Made by a program: the position numbers and the translations under genes. A model generated the notes under the pieces. It ran no database searches. It was not told where the DNA came from and was given only the letters and a program-made list of their open reading frames with translations. Positions 1 through 12,000 of a DNA stretch of 64,000 bases are shown piece by piece. The stretch's first letter is position 1. Each line of letters begins with the position of its first letter. The stretch is from Octopus sinensis (lineage: Eukaryota), in NCBI RefSeq assembly GCF_006345805.1, contig NC_043010.1, positions 17,546,001-17,610,000 on the forward strand, given 5' to 3'.

Positions 1-318
1 CTATTTACTAGAATTATTTGTGATTTGCATGGGTGACGATGTAGTAAAGACATTGATATCCAAAACTCATCCACAGCCCATCCCGTTATCATCATCATCA
101 TCATCGTCATCTTTATCGGTGTCATCATTATCATTATGTTGTTATAGTTAATAGGGTGACCAGCTGGCAGAGTCGTTAGCACGCTGGACGAAATGCGTTT
201 CTGAGTTCAAATTCCGGGGTCGATAAATTAAGTACCAGTTGAATACTGGAGTCAATGTAATCGACAACGCGAAATTGCTGGCCTTGTATCATTATCTAAA
301 ATCAATATTATAATTAAT

Positions 319-351
<33 letters not shown>

Positions 352-522
352 TTCACAAAATGTTAAAAATCGGGCGAGTGCACAAAGTGAAAGAGGATAC
401 AAGTTTTATTATTATTATCATCATCATCATTATTATTATTTTAATTTTTATTATTATTATTTTAATTATTATTACTATTATTATTATTATTATTATTATT
501 ATCATTATTATTATCATTATTA

Positions 523-585
<63 letters not shown>

Positions 586-959
586 TTCGTTTATTTATTT
601 TGTGTAATTGTAAACCCCTGAGGTTTAAAACATGGAAATAGGATGGACTGAATCTAATTTCAAGATAACACTATTATTGCAAAACAACAACAACTATTGT
701 TGTTGTTGTTGCTGCTGCTGTTGTTAAGCAACAAGACGGGTAAGGGTGATTAGGTGATGGTCTAGGGCTTAGGGGCGGGAGACCCCAGACCTTGGGGGAA
801 AGAAAAACTTTGGTCGTCTTGTTGTAGTCGAGGGCTCTTCGTTGACGCCCGACACCACTGGGAGGTGGCCCTCGAAGTCGCTGGAAATGGAGATCTCCTG
901 GTCCAAATTCTTGAACGGCTGCTGCTGCTGTCCTTAGTTTGTTCTTATCCAGGCTCAGT

Positions 960-1617
960 ATTGTTGTTGTTGTTATTGTTGCAACAATTGTAACACAATT
1001 TTTGAAATTTGATCCACTCGATTTCCATGATTAAAACCGGTTTTAAACCTCAGGGATTTAGTACTGCGCAAAATAAATAAAGATAAAAACATCCTCTTTC
1101 ACTTTTGTGTACTGAACTAGCTTTTGAATTTTTGCGATTTAAAAATAAAATTATATTTTAAACACAAGAAATTACAACACAGAAACAACAAAAAGAAGTC
1201 AAAATTCACTTCTTTATCCCAACCACCACCACCGCCACCACCACCACCACCACACAGAAACCTTAATTCCAGTAACCTTTTTTTAATAGTCTTTGGACTT
1301 TTGTGTTTTGAACTCCAGATATCAGGAATTTGCAAAATGGTTAAAGAGAGAAAAGCAAGTCCAGGAGAAGGGTTAACATGATATAACTGGTCAGGTAGTT
1401 ACCATTGGTTTCACGCATACTATTGCACTTGGCTATATAGGTGACTCTCCAAGTACAACGGTCGACGTGAAACCATTGGTAACTAGTTGACCAACCATGA
1501 CTGACGATATACAATTTGACCACATAAAATATAGCTGCTCAAAATTTTCTTTTGGAGCGTGTCCTTCTCTTCAGACATGGACTATTCACCTATTATGTGC
1601 ATGTGCGTGTGAATACA

Positions 1618-1620
<3 letters not shown>
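960..1620 (-). repeat. dispersed repeat, second copy at about 15200-15840; possibly the 5' region of a LINE
   Basis: Colinear similarity over about 600 bp. The adjacent 730-930 is the reverse complement of 29160-29385, which reads like ORF1 sequence (MEISVSSDFEGHPPVVSG). Confidence 0.7.
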
Positions 1621-1686
<66 letters not shown>

Positions 1687-1768
1687 GGTCCCGGTTGATC
1701 CGGGGTTAACCACAGTAAGTAAGGTACTCAATACATAGCAGAGTAAAATTAATTTATTATATAGAAGG

Positions 1769-1819
1769 AGCTTCTACAGGACTAGTACTGTTTCATTCAA
1801 GAGAAATCTTCAGGAAGCT
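1769..1819 (-). ncRNA. identical hammerhead ribozyme in the inverted left pLTR
   Basis: Exact 51-nt reverse complement of 6148-6198. Confidence 0.8.
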
Positions 1820-2080
1820 ATTTAACAAGAATTGTATTAGCATTTATACATTTAGGCAGGTTTAAAGGAGTGGTGGTGGGGGACTTTTTTGGGGGTAGGC
1901 ATAGCGCAAAATATCATACTTGGGGGAGTGGTCAAGGAGTCAGTGGTAAGTTAGATGAAAGAATAGATAAATAAAAAAATATAAAAATATATAAAATAAA
2001 AAATAAAAAATAAAAAATAAAAAATAAAAAAAAAAAAAAAAAAAAAAAATAAAAAAATAAAATAAAAAAAAAAAAAAAAA

Positions 2081-2847
2081 CCCTGGCCCGCAGTGGTTTT
2101 AAAGATAAGATTACCTATACTAGTATAGCCCCACGCCAACCCAGGAAAAATAGACGAAGACACATTAGCTGGTACAACCCCCCCTTCAACCGTGAGGTCG
2201 CTACACCTGTAGCTAAGATCTTTTTCACTCTCCTACAGAAACACTTCCCCACCCAACATAAGTACTACACTATCCTAAATAAGAACACTATTAGACTCTC
2301 CTACTCTACCACGCCCAATCTAGCCAGGAACCTAGCCAACAACAATGTGAAAAAACTTAACATATCTACTTTCTCCGGGGCCCATCCAACGTCCGATAGC
2401 AGTTGCAACTGCCATGATAAAACCACCTGCCCCCTCAACAACAACTGCCTACAGAGGGACCTAGTATATAAATGCGAGGTAAGATCAGGCCTTGACGATA
2501 AATGTAAATCCTACATTGGAATGACGTCAAACAGCTTTAAGACCCGCTGGTACGCACATACACACTCGTTCCGGCGACAGGATAAATCCAACCAAACTAC
2601 CCTCGCCGCCCATATCTGGTACCTTAAAAGGAACTCTATCCCCTTCAAGACCAAGTGGAAACTACTACAGAAGGCGCGCTCGTACACAGGAGGACATACC
2701 TGCTGTGACCTATGCATATCAGAGAGCCTAGAGATCTTGTTCGCCAAAGGCCCTCTCCTTAACAAATTTTCAGAACACTCCCCAAATTGCATGCATAAGA
2801 AGTATGCGAACTATAAGAACTATAGACCTACCCGGCAACCTGATTGA
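2081..2847 (+). pseudogene. Penelope GIY-YIG endonuclease ORF remnant (uninterrupted frame, no RT core)
   Basis: CNC...CPLNNNCL..LVYKCEV...YIGMTSNSFKTRW..H..SF...TTLAAHIWYLK...W...CDLCISE...LLNK.SE...C.H is the Cys-rich PLE endonuclease pattern. The frame stays stop-free upstream of the listed 2347 start. Confidence 0.88.
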
Positions 2848-2929
2848 TGACAACCCCCCCCCCTACAACCCCCCAACCCCACTGTTCCCCTAGCACCCCC
2901 GATTACCTTTTCTCCTAAGACCTTTCACA

Positions 2930-4096
2930 TATTGTATGTGCACGCTTGTATATGTGTATCGTATGTATGTATATATGTATAGAAATGCATGGGTACAGTA
3001 GGAATATACGCATGTATTATGTGTGTGTGTGTGTATGTATGCATGTAAAAAAATATATATATGTATATATGTTTGCATATATGAATATATATATATATAT
3101 ATATATGTATGTGCTTGTATGTGTGTGTGTGTGTGTATATATGTATATGTGTTTGTATGTATATGTGTATATACGTGTAAATGTATGTGTTTTTGTATGT
3201 GTATGTATGTATAAAATATTATATAATTAGGGCTTAGTAAAATAAAATAAATTACTTTGCCACATACTAAACTTTCTAGAAATAGCAGCCAATAAAGGTT
3301 TTTAGCCTCTTCCACTACTTAGAGAATTTTTTCCCTCTAACATTGTTTACTCAAAATAATAAGGGTCCCTTTACATACTGAATTCTTGGTGAATTTGATT
3401 AATAACTAAATAACTTCACCCTCCCTTGTTGATATATATATGTATGTGTATGTGTACATGTATGTATATATATGTGTGTGTGTGTATGTGTGTATGTATG
3501 TATTTGTACATGTGTGTGTGTATATGTATGTGCGCGCGTGTGTGGTATGTATGTGTATGTATATTTGTATATGTATGTGCATGTGTATGTATGTGTGTAT
3601 ATATATGTATGGTATGTGTATCCGTGTATATATGTATGTATATATATATATATGTTTATATGTGTATGTATATGTATGTATATATGTGTGTGTATATGTG
3701 TATTATGTATGTATTTATATAGATATGTAGTTTATATATATATATATATGTATGTATATGCATCTGTCTGTGTGTGTGTATGTGTATATATGTGTATCAT
3801 TATTGCGTATGTATACATGTATATGTGTATATGTATGTGTGTGTGTGTGTGTGTATATATGTGTGTATATATATGTATATATGTGGGGGTATATGTATAT
3901 GTATATATATATATGTATATATGTATGTATATGTATGTGTATGTGTATATATATATATATATATGTATGTGTGTATGTGTATATATGTATGTATATGTGT
4001 ATGTGTGTGTACATGTATATATATATATGTGTGTGTGTATATATATATATGTTTATATGTGAGTATGTAGAGATATAAGTATATGCATGTGTATAC

Positions 4097-4141
<45 letters not shown>

Positions 4142-4223
4142 GGTATGTGTATCCGTGTATATATGTATGTGTGTGTGTATGTATATGTATGTATGTGTGT
4201 ATATATGTATGTGTATATGTGTA

Positions 4224-4263
<40 letters not shown>

Positions 4264-4364
4264 GTATGTATGTGTATGTGTATGTGTGTGTAGGTGTGCA
4301 TGTATGTGTATGTGTATATGTGTATATATATGTTTGTGTATATATATGTATATATATATATGTG

Positions 4365-4397
<33 letters not shown>

Positions 4398-5169
4398 ATG
4401 TATATATGAGTGCGCGTGTGTGTATGTATGCATATATGTATGTATGCATGTATATGTGTATGTATATATGTGTGTAAGTGTGTGCATATATGTATATGTA
4501 AGTATGTGCGCGTGTATGAGTATGTATGTATACTTGCACACGTGTATATATATGTGTGTGTGTGTGTATATATGGATGCGCGTGCGTGCGTGCACGTGTA
4601 TGGGTACGCATGTGTATACGTGTATGTGCGTGTATGTGTATGTATGCATATATGTATGTATGCATGTATATGTGTATGTATATATGTGTGTAAGTGTGTG
4701 CATATATGTATATGTAAGTATGTGTGCGTGTATGAGTATGTATGTATGCTTGCACACGTGTATATATGTGTGTGTGTGTGTATATATATGGATGCATGTG
4801 CGTGTGTGCACGTGTATGGGTACGCATGTATATGTGTATGTGCGTGTATGCGTATACGTGTATGTATGTATGTGTGGGCGTATATTTGTATATGTATGTG
4901 TGAGTGTGTATATATATATATATATATATAATATATATATATATATATAGATGGGGGTGTATGTATGCGTATAAATGCATGTAAGTATGGATGTATGGAT
5001 GTATGTATGTATGTTTACGTATGTATGTGTTTGTGTGTATATGTATGTAGGTGTGGGTATGTATGTGTGTATATATGTATATATATATATGTGTGTATAT
5101 ATGTTTGTGTATGTATATATATGTGTATGTATGTGTGTGTGTATATATATGTGTGTGTGTGTATGTATG

Positions 5170-5200
<31 letters not shown>

Positions 5201-5319
5201 GTATATATGTATGTATATATATATATATATATATATGTATATGTATGTGTGTGTATATGTATATATATATGGGTATGTATCTGTATGTAGGAGTATATAT
5301 ATGTGTGTGTGCGTGTGTA

Positions 5320-5369
<50 letters not shown>

Positions 5370-5695
5370 TATATTTATTGGTGTATATATATAGACTAGC
5401 CTCCTAAAGTGTAGACATGAATCTGTAGGTACGAGTACGTATGTGTATATACGTGAACGTATGTAGATGTTTGTATGTATGAATATAACGCGTGCGTACG
5501 TGTATGTGTATGAGTGTACGAATGGGTGTATGTACGTGCTAATGAGTGTGCGTGCGGGAACGAGTACTTGCCTTCTAGTAGACAGACAATTGGACATGCT
5601 GCCATCGCCAGGATCCTTAGCCCTAGCGATCAAAGATAACAAAAGTAATAAATGAAGATAATAAAATTAAAATTAGGGAATGGGCCTGTATTGAT

Positions 5696-5758
<63 letters not shown>

Positions 5759-5842
5759 GTGTATGTGTAGGTACGTATAGGCACACATGTGTACGTATGT
5801 GTGTGTGTATGTATATGTGTTTATGTATGTATGTGCACACAT
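2930..5842. repeat. complex (TA)n/(TG)n/(TATG)n microsatellite field inside the Penelope element
   Basis: Read directly. Includes an internal tandem duplication of about 215 bp near 4410-4840 and unique islands at about 3225-3425 and 5395-5695. Confidence 0.95.
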
Positions 5843-5932
5843 TTATTTTTTATTTTTTTATTTTATTTTTTTATTTTATTTTATTTTATTTTATTTTTTT
5901 TATTTTATTTTTTTATTTTTTTTTTTTTTTTT

Positions 5933-5971
<39 letters not shown>

Positions 5972-6147
5972 TTTATATATTTTTATATTTTTTTATTTAT
6001 CTATTCTTTCATCTAACTTACCACTGACTCCTTGACCACTCCCCCAAGTATGATATTTTGCGCTATGCCTACCCCCAAAAAAGTCCCCCACCACCACTCC
6101 TTTAAACCTGCCTAAATGTATAAATGCTAATACAATTCTTGTTAAAT

Positions 6148-6198
6148 AGCTTCCTGAAGATTTCTCTTGAATGAAACAGTACTAGTCCTGTAGAAGCT
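6148..6198 (+). ncRNA. type I minimal hammerhead ribozyme (Penelope pLTR)
   Basis: AGCTTC-CTGAAGA-t TTC tctt GAA t-GAAA-CAG tactagtc CTG-TA^-GAAGCT. Stem I is 6 bp with an intact core; cleavage triplet GUA, cut after 6192. Confidence 0.8.
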
Positions 6199-6213
6199 CC
6201 TTCTATATAATAA

Positions 6214-6245
<32 letters not shown>

Positions 6246-7189
6246 ATAAAACGAAAGAAGTGTGTGTACAGGCCTTTTTTCTTGATACCCCTTAAAATCT
6301 ATATTTTTCATCCGATTTCGTTCATGCTGGGAACATACATCACCTACCTTCTAGAGATGGTCACAGACTCTTCAAACTTTCTACATAATTAGTAATGCCA
6401 TTATGGAGACGAAAATACCTTCTCAAAGGTAAATAACAAATACCAACGACCATACAGTTTTTACAATGCCCATTCCCTGCAAAGCGCCGGTATTTTCACA
6501 TTAGCACTTCCCTGGGGGTAGCCATGTAGTTTAAATCAACTTTTAATTATTTTTTAAGTGCCTTCAGAAATTAATCCATGTTATATATTCTCTGCTTTTG
6601 CTCATACCAAGTTGTGACAATTATAGTTTTTACAATGCCCATTCACTGCAAACTGCAGATATTTGCACGTTAGCATTTCCTTGGGGTAGCCATGCAATTT
6701 AAATCAACTTTTAATTATTTTTTAAATGCTTTATGACAATGTTTAGCCACAATGCCCTAAGGTTCAGACGTCTCAACCCTTCCCAAGGCCATTATTACAA
6801 TTTTCCGAACCCACTTAGCAAACAATACTACAACAAACATCATTCAGGCATTCGACTTAACCTTGCTCTAACTCGCCAAAAGTTGTCGGATTGGACCTTC
6901 GAACGTCATGCTTTTCACATTGACAGTTCTACGTCGATTGTTCCAGAGTTGACCATCCAGACAGCTTATTCATCTAAGCTCCTGAAGGGAAAACCAAAAA
7001 ATGTCATCTACAAAGCAGCGCTACAGTAGTTACTCCTCTACTGCAATCTTCACATCTGCGCCAAACTGTAGCCATTAGCAATCAGACTTCCTACAAGCAT
7101 TTCATTGATATTTTGCTGTGTGGATACTATCCACATTTACCTGGTGTGTTTCTCCTTTTAAATGCTCTATTTCTGAAATTTATTGTTTC

Positions 7190-7305
7190 CAGTGTATATA
7201 GGTCCTAACTCTGTCGTGTCTATGACTATATTCCTTCTTAGCCAGGACTGGAAAGCCAGAGACAATGTGATTTATTGTTCCTTGTCCATCTCATCATATT
7301 CTGCA
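7190..7305 (-). mobile_element. short R4-like fragment (zinc-knuckle region)
   Basis: Reads ..INHIVSGFPVLAKKEYSHRHDRVRTYIHWK. Another R4-like 3' end (CLLGTARIIRKILDS*) lies at about 41265-41430 on +. Confidence 0.55.
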
Positions 7306-7311
7306 GTTGCC

Positions 7312-7342
<31 letters not shown>

Positions 7343-8280
7343 GTTGTTGTTGTTGTTATTATTAAGGGAGCGAACTGAGAGAATCGCTAGCGCGCTGGAC
7401 GAAGTGCTTAGCGGTATTTCACTCGTCATTTCGTTCTTAGTCGAGGTCGATTTTGCCTTTCATCCTTTTGGGGTGGATAAATTAATTATCAGTCAAGTCC
7501 TGGGGACGAAGTAATCGACGCATCCCCCTCCCCTCAAATTCTAGGCCCTGTGCTTATAGTAGAGAGGGTTATCACTATATAAATATTTTTAAAAAAACGT
7601 GTAATTAAAGGGACGTAACTTGTTAAGATTAAGGGAGGCAATTCCCAACGTGGTTATTGGCTTCGGTGTCTTTAATGAAGACATTTGTTTGTAAATATCC
7701 TGACTAATGGAACATGTAAATCGTACATTCGGGCCCAGTTTGTATTATGAGGTTTTCGCTAAATTGAAGGGGACAGTTTACTCCAAAATGCAGAGATTTA
7801 TGACATGTTGCAGTATTTCCTTGTGAAATCTGTTCTGTCTTTCGTGGTTACCCGTAATGAAACCGAGCAAGGTGCGACGAGTCTCTCTCCTTCCTTCTTA
7901 AAACTTGGTTGTTATCTTATATCTCTCTCTAATGTTGTGCTTCATAGAATAAAGAAGAATAATACTCGGAAACGAGAGAAGTTATGTTGTAATATATAAC
8001 TGTGCATCGTCAAAAACCTTGAAACTTTCCGCAGCAAATATAAACTTCAACTGGGTCCAACTGCCAGCTTAATTCATATGAAACACAACGAATAACTCCA
8101 TGAATTTAGTTGGGGATTTAGAAACAGAGCTCTGATAATTTGGTTACTAATTTCAAAATACTCTCCTTTCTCTATTCAGTAAATATAGGTTGTTGTCAGT
8201 GTTATTGTTGTGAACAAATAAAAATAAAACTCGTTCCTAACAACGGAAGCGATGTTGTTAATTTCACTTTCACTACGACA

Positions 8281-8414
8281 ATGGCTGTAACTTGTCGGGC
8301 TGTCGGTTACTGGACCAACGTGAAAGGCTTGCTTTTAGATATAACAGGAGTTCTTTATGAAAGTACAAACACCGGGGGCTGTGCTATTGAAGGTTCTGTT
8401 GAGGCTATACAAAG
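8281..8414 (+). CDS. LHPP: LHPP coding exon 1 (MAVTCRAVGYWTNVKGLLLDITGVLYESTNTGGCAIEGSVEAIQR)
   Basis: ATG at 8281. HAD motif I LLDITGVLY resembles human LHPP LLDISGVLY...GSVEAVAR. Donor AG|GTATTT at 8415; 134 nt, phase 2. Confidence 0.95.
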
Positions 8415-9096
8415 GTATTTCTCGTTATTCACAAGGATTATTTATTATTTGCATGGGTGACGATGTAGTAAAGACATCGATATGATGGGGGAAATCTCTG
8501 TTGTCCAATTTTTTTCTGTCTGTGCTAAAAAGAACAAAAAAGTCTAAATTCCTCTTTTGTCCTAATTTGCGATGTATAAGTTCATGATTTCAGTCTTCTA
8601 CACCACATTTGCTTGCATTGGATGTACTTGTGTGTCAATTAAAACATTGTTTTCATCATCACCATCATCATCATCTTCCTCATTATTATTATCATAATAT
8701 TTTAATTAAGGCAATAATAATAATAATTAATTCTTTTATTGGCCACAAGGGCTTGTAATAATAATAATAATGCACATTCCTTCGCTATAACTCGACAAAA
8801 TCAAAACATTTCACTTCGGGTATTTCCGTGGGTTGTGGAGTAGAGATATAACGAAATTATGCCAGCAATGTCTCGTTTTAAATTTGAAGAAAAAAAGCCT
8901 TGCACATTTGTTCTTACCCGTTTCATGTGTGTATGTAAAATCCGCAAATTTCCAAGCAGAAAACAGAATCGAACTGTCATTTGCTGCTACGGAAATACCC
9001 GAAGTGAAATGTTTTGATTTTGTCGAGTTATATCGAAAGAATGCCTAATAATAATAATAATAATAAGGATAATAATAATGGATCTTTTCGGTTTGA

Positions 9097-12000
9097 TAAT
9101 AATAATAATAACAATAATTCGTTCGTTTATTGGCCACAAGGGCTAACAAAAATCAAAACATAAAGGGACAAAACACAGGGCAAAAGTTACAAAGGGTTTT
9201 GTCCGTTTGAAAAAGTCTGTGTACAAAAGCAGGATAACAACGAAATATAAGTAACAATTAAGACTCCCAATAGGGGGAGGCGCTTCGAAAGGTTACTCGT
9301 GGAAAAACCCATAAAAGTCACGGGAGCCTGGTCAAAATGTGGGTAGAAAGCCCCTTTCTCCTTTTATATTTCCTTTTAATTTTCACAGGTGTATCCTCAG
9401 AATTGGTCCGTTCATACTGACCATTCTTGCGACATTCACCCACCTTTCAATAAACTTGCTATCGGACATCACTTCCCTCTCTACTCTCATCTTCCTTTTC
9501 AAGTGAAACTTGAAAAAGTTGATGAGACCTTGGCCAAAGAGGAAAGTGTCTGACCTTAGCCCTTTCAAACGGGTCCACCATATCACCTCTTTCGCTACAG
9601 CCACTAAGCAAAGGAAAACTGCCTTGCCCCCTGGTTAAAGGAGGTCGGCAGGGCAATCCTCACTATGGATTCAGCTGATAGCCGGATCCATTCTATAAGC
9701 GACAGTAGCTGTTCGACATAAACCCATAGTTCAGCAATACTTGGGCACTGGACAAGTGCGTGCAGAACGGTTTCGTCGTCCTGGGCGCACCTCGGGCAGG
9801 CCCGTCTGACGGCACCTCCGTGCCGGTAGAGTTTATCCCGTACAGGCAGAGCCCCTCGGTAGCACTGCCAGGCGAGGGACCTTTGGAAATTATCCATTGG
9901 CCCCGGCCCGAAAGTTCTCCCGAACAGACTGTTTAGCTCGTTATCATCAACACCTAGAGTTACCCCGAGAACATCGTCGCACTTTTCTTCCACTAACCCT
10001 CTATAGAACGCTAGAGTGGAACCACTACTGATCGCATTGCCCACCTGGTGGAGGGCGGAGAGAGCTTGACGGCACTCAAGATGCCAAGCGCCCTTTCTCA
10101 GTCTGCGTTTGATCCAAGACTGCAACTCTGTCAAAGAGACGAGATGCGGAAAGTCGTGTCTGACAAAAGATGACCACACCTGTTCACTGTCTAGGAAACA
10201 CTTAGTTAGGGTTAGGGTTAGGATTAGAGATGCCATAGCCTGAGTGCATATCTGCGCATCAGTAACCACGGCATGCCAAGGCCTCCATTCAGCGGTCATT
10301 GACAGCAGATGGATTGTTTGACCAGTGGTACCTGACTCTTCCACAAGAAGTCGAAGAGCAAGCGCACCAGCTTGGCCAACCAGCGGTAATAGATGACAGA
10401 TGCAATGTACGTATTTGCCACCTCCGCTCGACCTTTCAGGGACAGCTTCCTCTTGGCCCATTTCTGGGTGAGATTGGCCACCCTGTTTGTCACCTCTTCC
10501 CAGTTTTTATCCACCTGGAAGTCTGGACTGAACCAGACCCCGAGCAGTTTAATGGGTCCGTCTGTCCAGCATCCTACGACACTGTTGGACGGCATGGACT
10601 TGCCTCTCCAGGTGCCCAGTTGCAAGCCCACCGACTTTTCCGCAATAATCTTTGCATCTGTGACCGCTTTGTACTCATTTAGTGTCTCGCCAATCAGGTC
10701 AATGTGCCTGTGGCTTGACACCATCACAGTGACGTCGTCGGCGTAGGCAGACACACTGTTTCCACCTCCTAGATCGCGTGGGGTACCCCTCAAAGCCTCC
10801 AACTTGTGCAGTAATGGCTCAAGAGTCAATACGTACAAGAGGGAGGAGAGAGGGCATCCTTGGCGAACCGAACACGAGATGTTAAACGGCTCCGAAAGGT
10901 GACCGTTCACTCGTATCACCGAGCAGATGTTGCTGTACAAAGCAGCTATCCACCCGCGGAAGACTGGACTGAAACCGGCTGCCTTGAGAACAGCTGCCAG
11001 GTATCGATGGTCGACCCTATCGAAGGCTTTACTCTGATCTAAATTGATCAAAGCCCCACCTGCGCCAGTATCATTAACCACCCTCTCTATGATGTAGTGC
11101 ATGAGATGGAGATTATCGTGTATCAACCTGATCGGCATGGTGCATGTCTGCACCTTGTCAATCAGCTTGTCCACGACAAGCTCCAATCTCTTGGCTAGCA
11201 CCTTGGCCAAAATCTTCAACTCTGCATTGAGCAGAGAGATGGGCCTAAAGTTCCCTATGACGTCCCCCTTGTTTGGGTCCTTTCTCAGCAAAGCCACCAC
11301 CCCTCGACAAACAAAAGCAAGAATTCTCATTTTGTTGCCAGTTGCAGTAGACGTTTGCCAAGAGGCCTGCAAACAAGTCTGGCATTGAAGTGTAAAGCTC
11401 GTAGGGCAGACCATCCAAACCTGGCGATCTGCCTCTTGTGCAGCTCTTCATTGCTTCCTCCACTTCCCAGGCAGATATCGGTCTTTCACAGCACTCCGCC
11501 TCACTGTCCGAGAGTTGCGGTATGCCGTCCAGGTACACACCGAAGTCTGTCCTGTTGTCTGTTTCAAACAGTTGAGTAAAGTGCCACTGAAACACCGCAC
11601 ACATCTGCTTCAGTTCGGAAACTTCGTGCCCGTTCTGGTCCACCAAAGACCGAATGGTCGCTTTGTTGCCACACTTCGCCTCCACTACACGGGCCCATCA
11701 AGCAGCCTTAGTACCCTCCCCACTTAGCGAACGTGCCTTAGCTCTGACAACACAGCCTTCGTGTTTAGTGTCAAAGTGTTGGTCGAGGGCCAACCTAGCC
11801 ACCAACACGTCAGTTGCAATGCCTGTCTCAAGAGCCTCGTCTAGTTTTCTAACTAAATCCCGCTCTGTTTTCCTACATTCTACAGCTAGAGCCTTACTAA
11901 ACCTATCAACTCTGCTCTAATTGCTCTCTTGAGAGCAAACCACCAGTTGTTCTTGATGATTGCGCCCGTTTAACTAATAAACTAATCCGGTCTCTGTAGG

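Larger units (their letters stand above)
1683..6215 (+). mobile_element. 5'-truncated Penelope-like retroelement (Neptune-type) with inverted 5' pseudo-LTR
   Basis: Open frame about 2081-2847 with RT-EN linker (WYNPPFN...KHFP...NKNTIRLSYS) and GIY-YIG endonuclease. Flanked by inverted arms 1752-2080 and about 5843-6215. Confidence 0.85.

Noticed and set aside
2890-6035. Dozens of long ORFs (up to 529 aa) rich in Y/I/H/T or C/V/M/Y
   Set aside because: They are translations of (TA)n/(TG)n/(TATG)n repeats that lack stop codons, with no domain content.
8140-8460. 106-aa ORF starting at 8140
   Set aside because: It starts at a non-ATG codon upstream of the real ATG (8281) and reads through the exon 1 donor into the intron.
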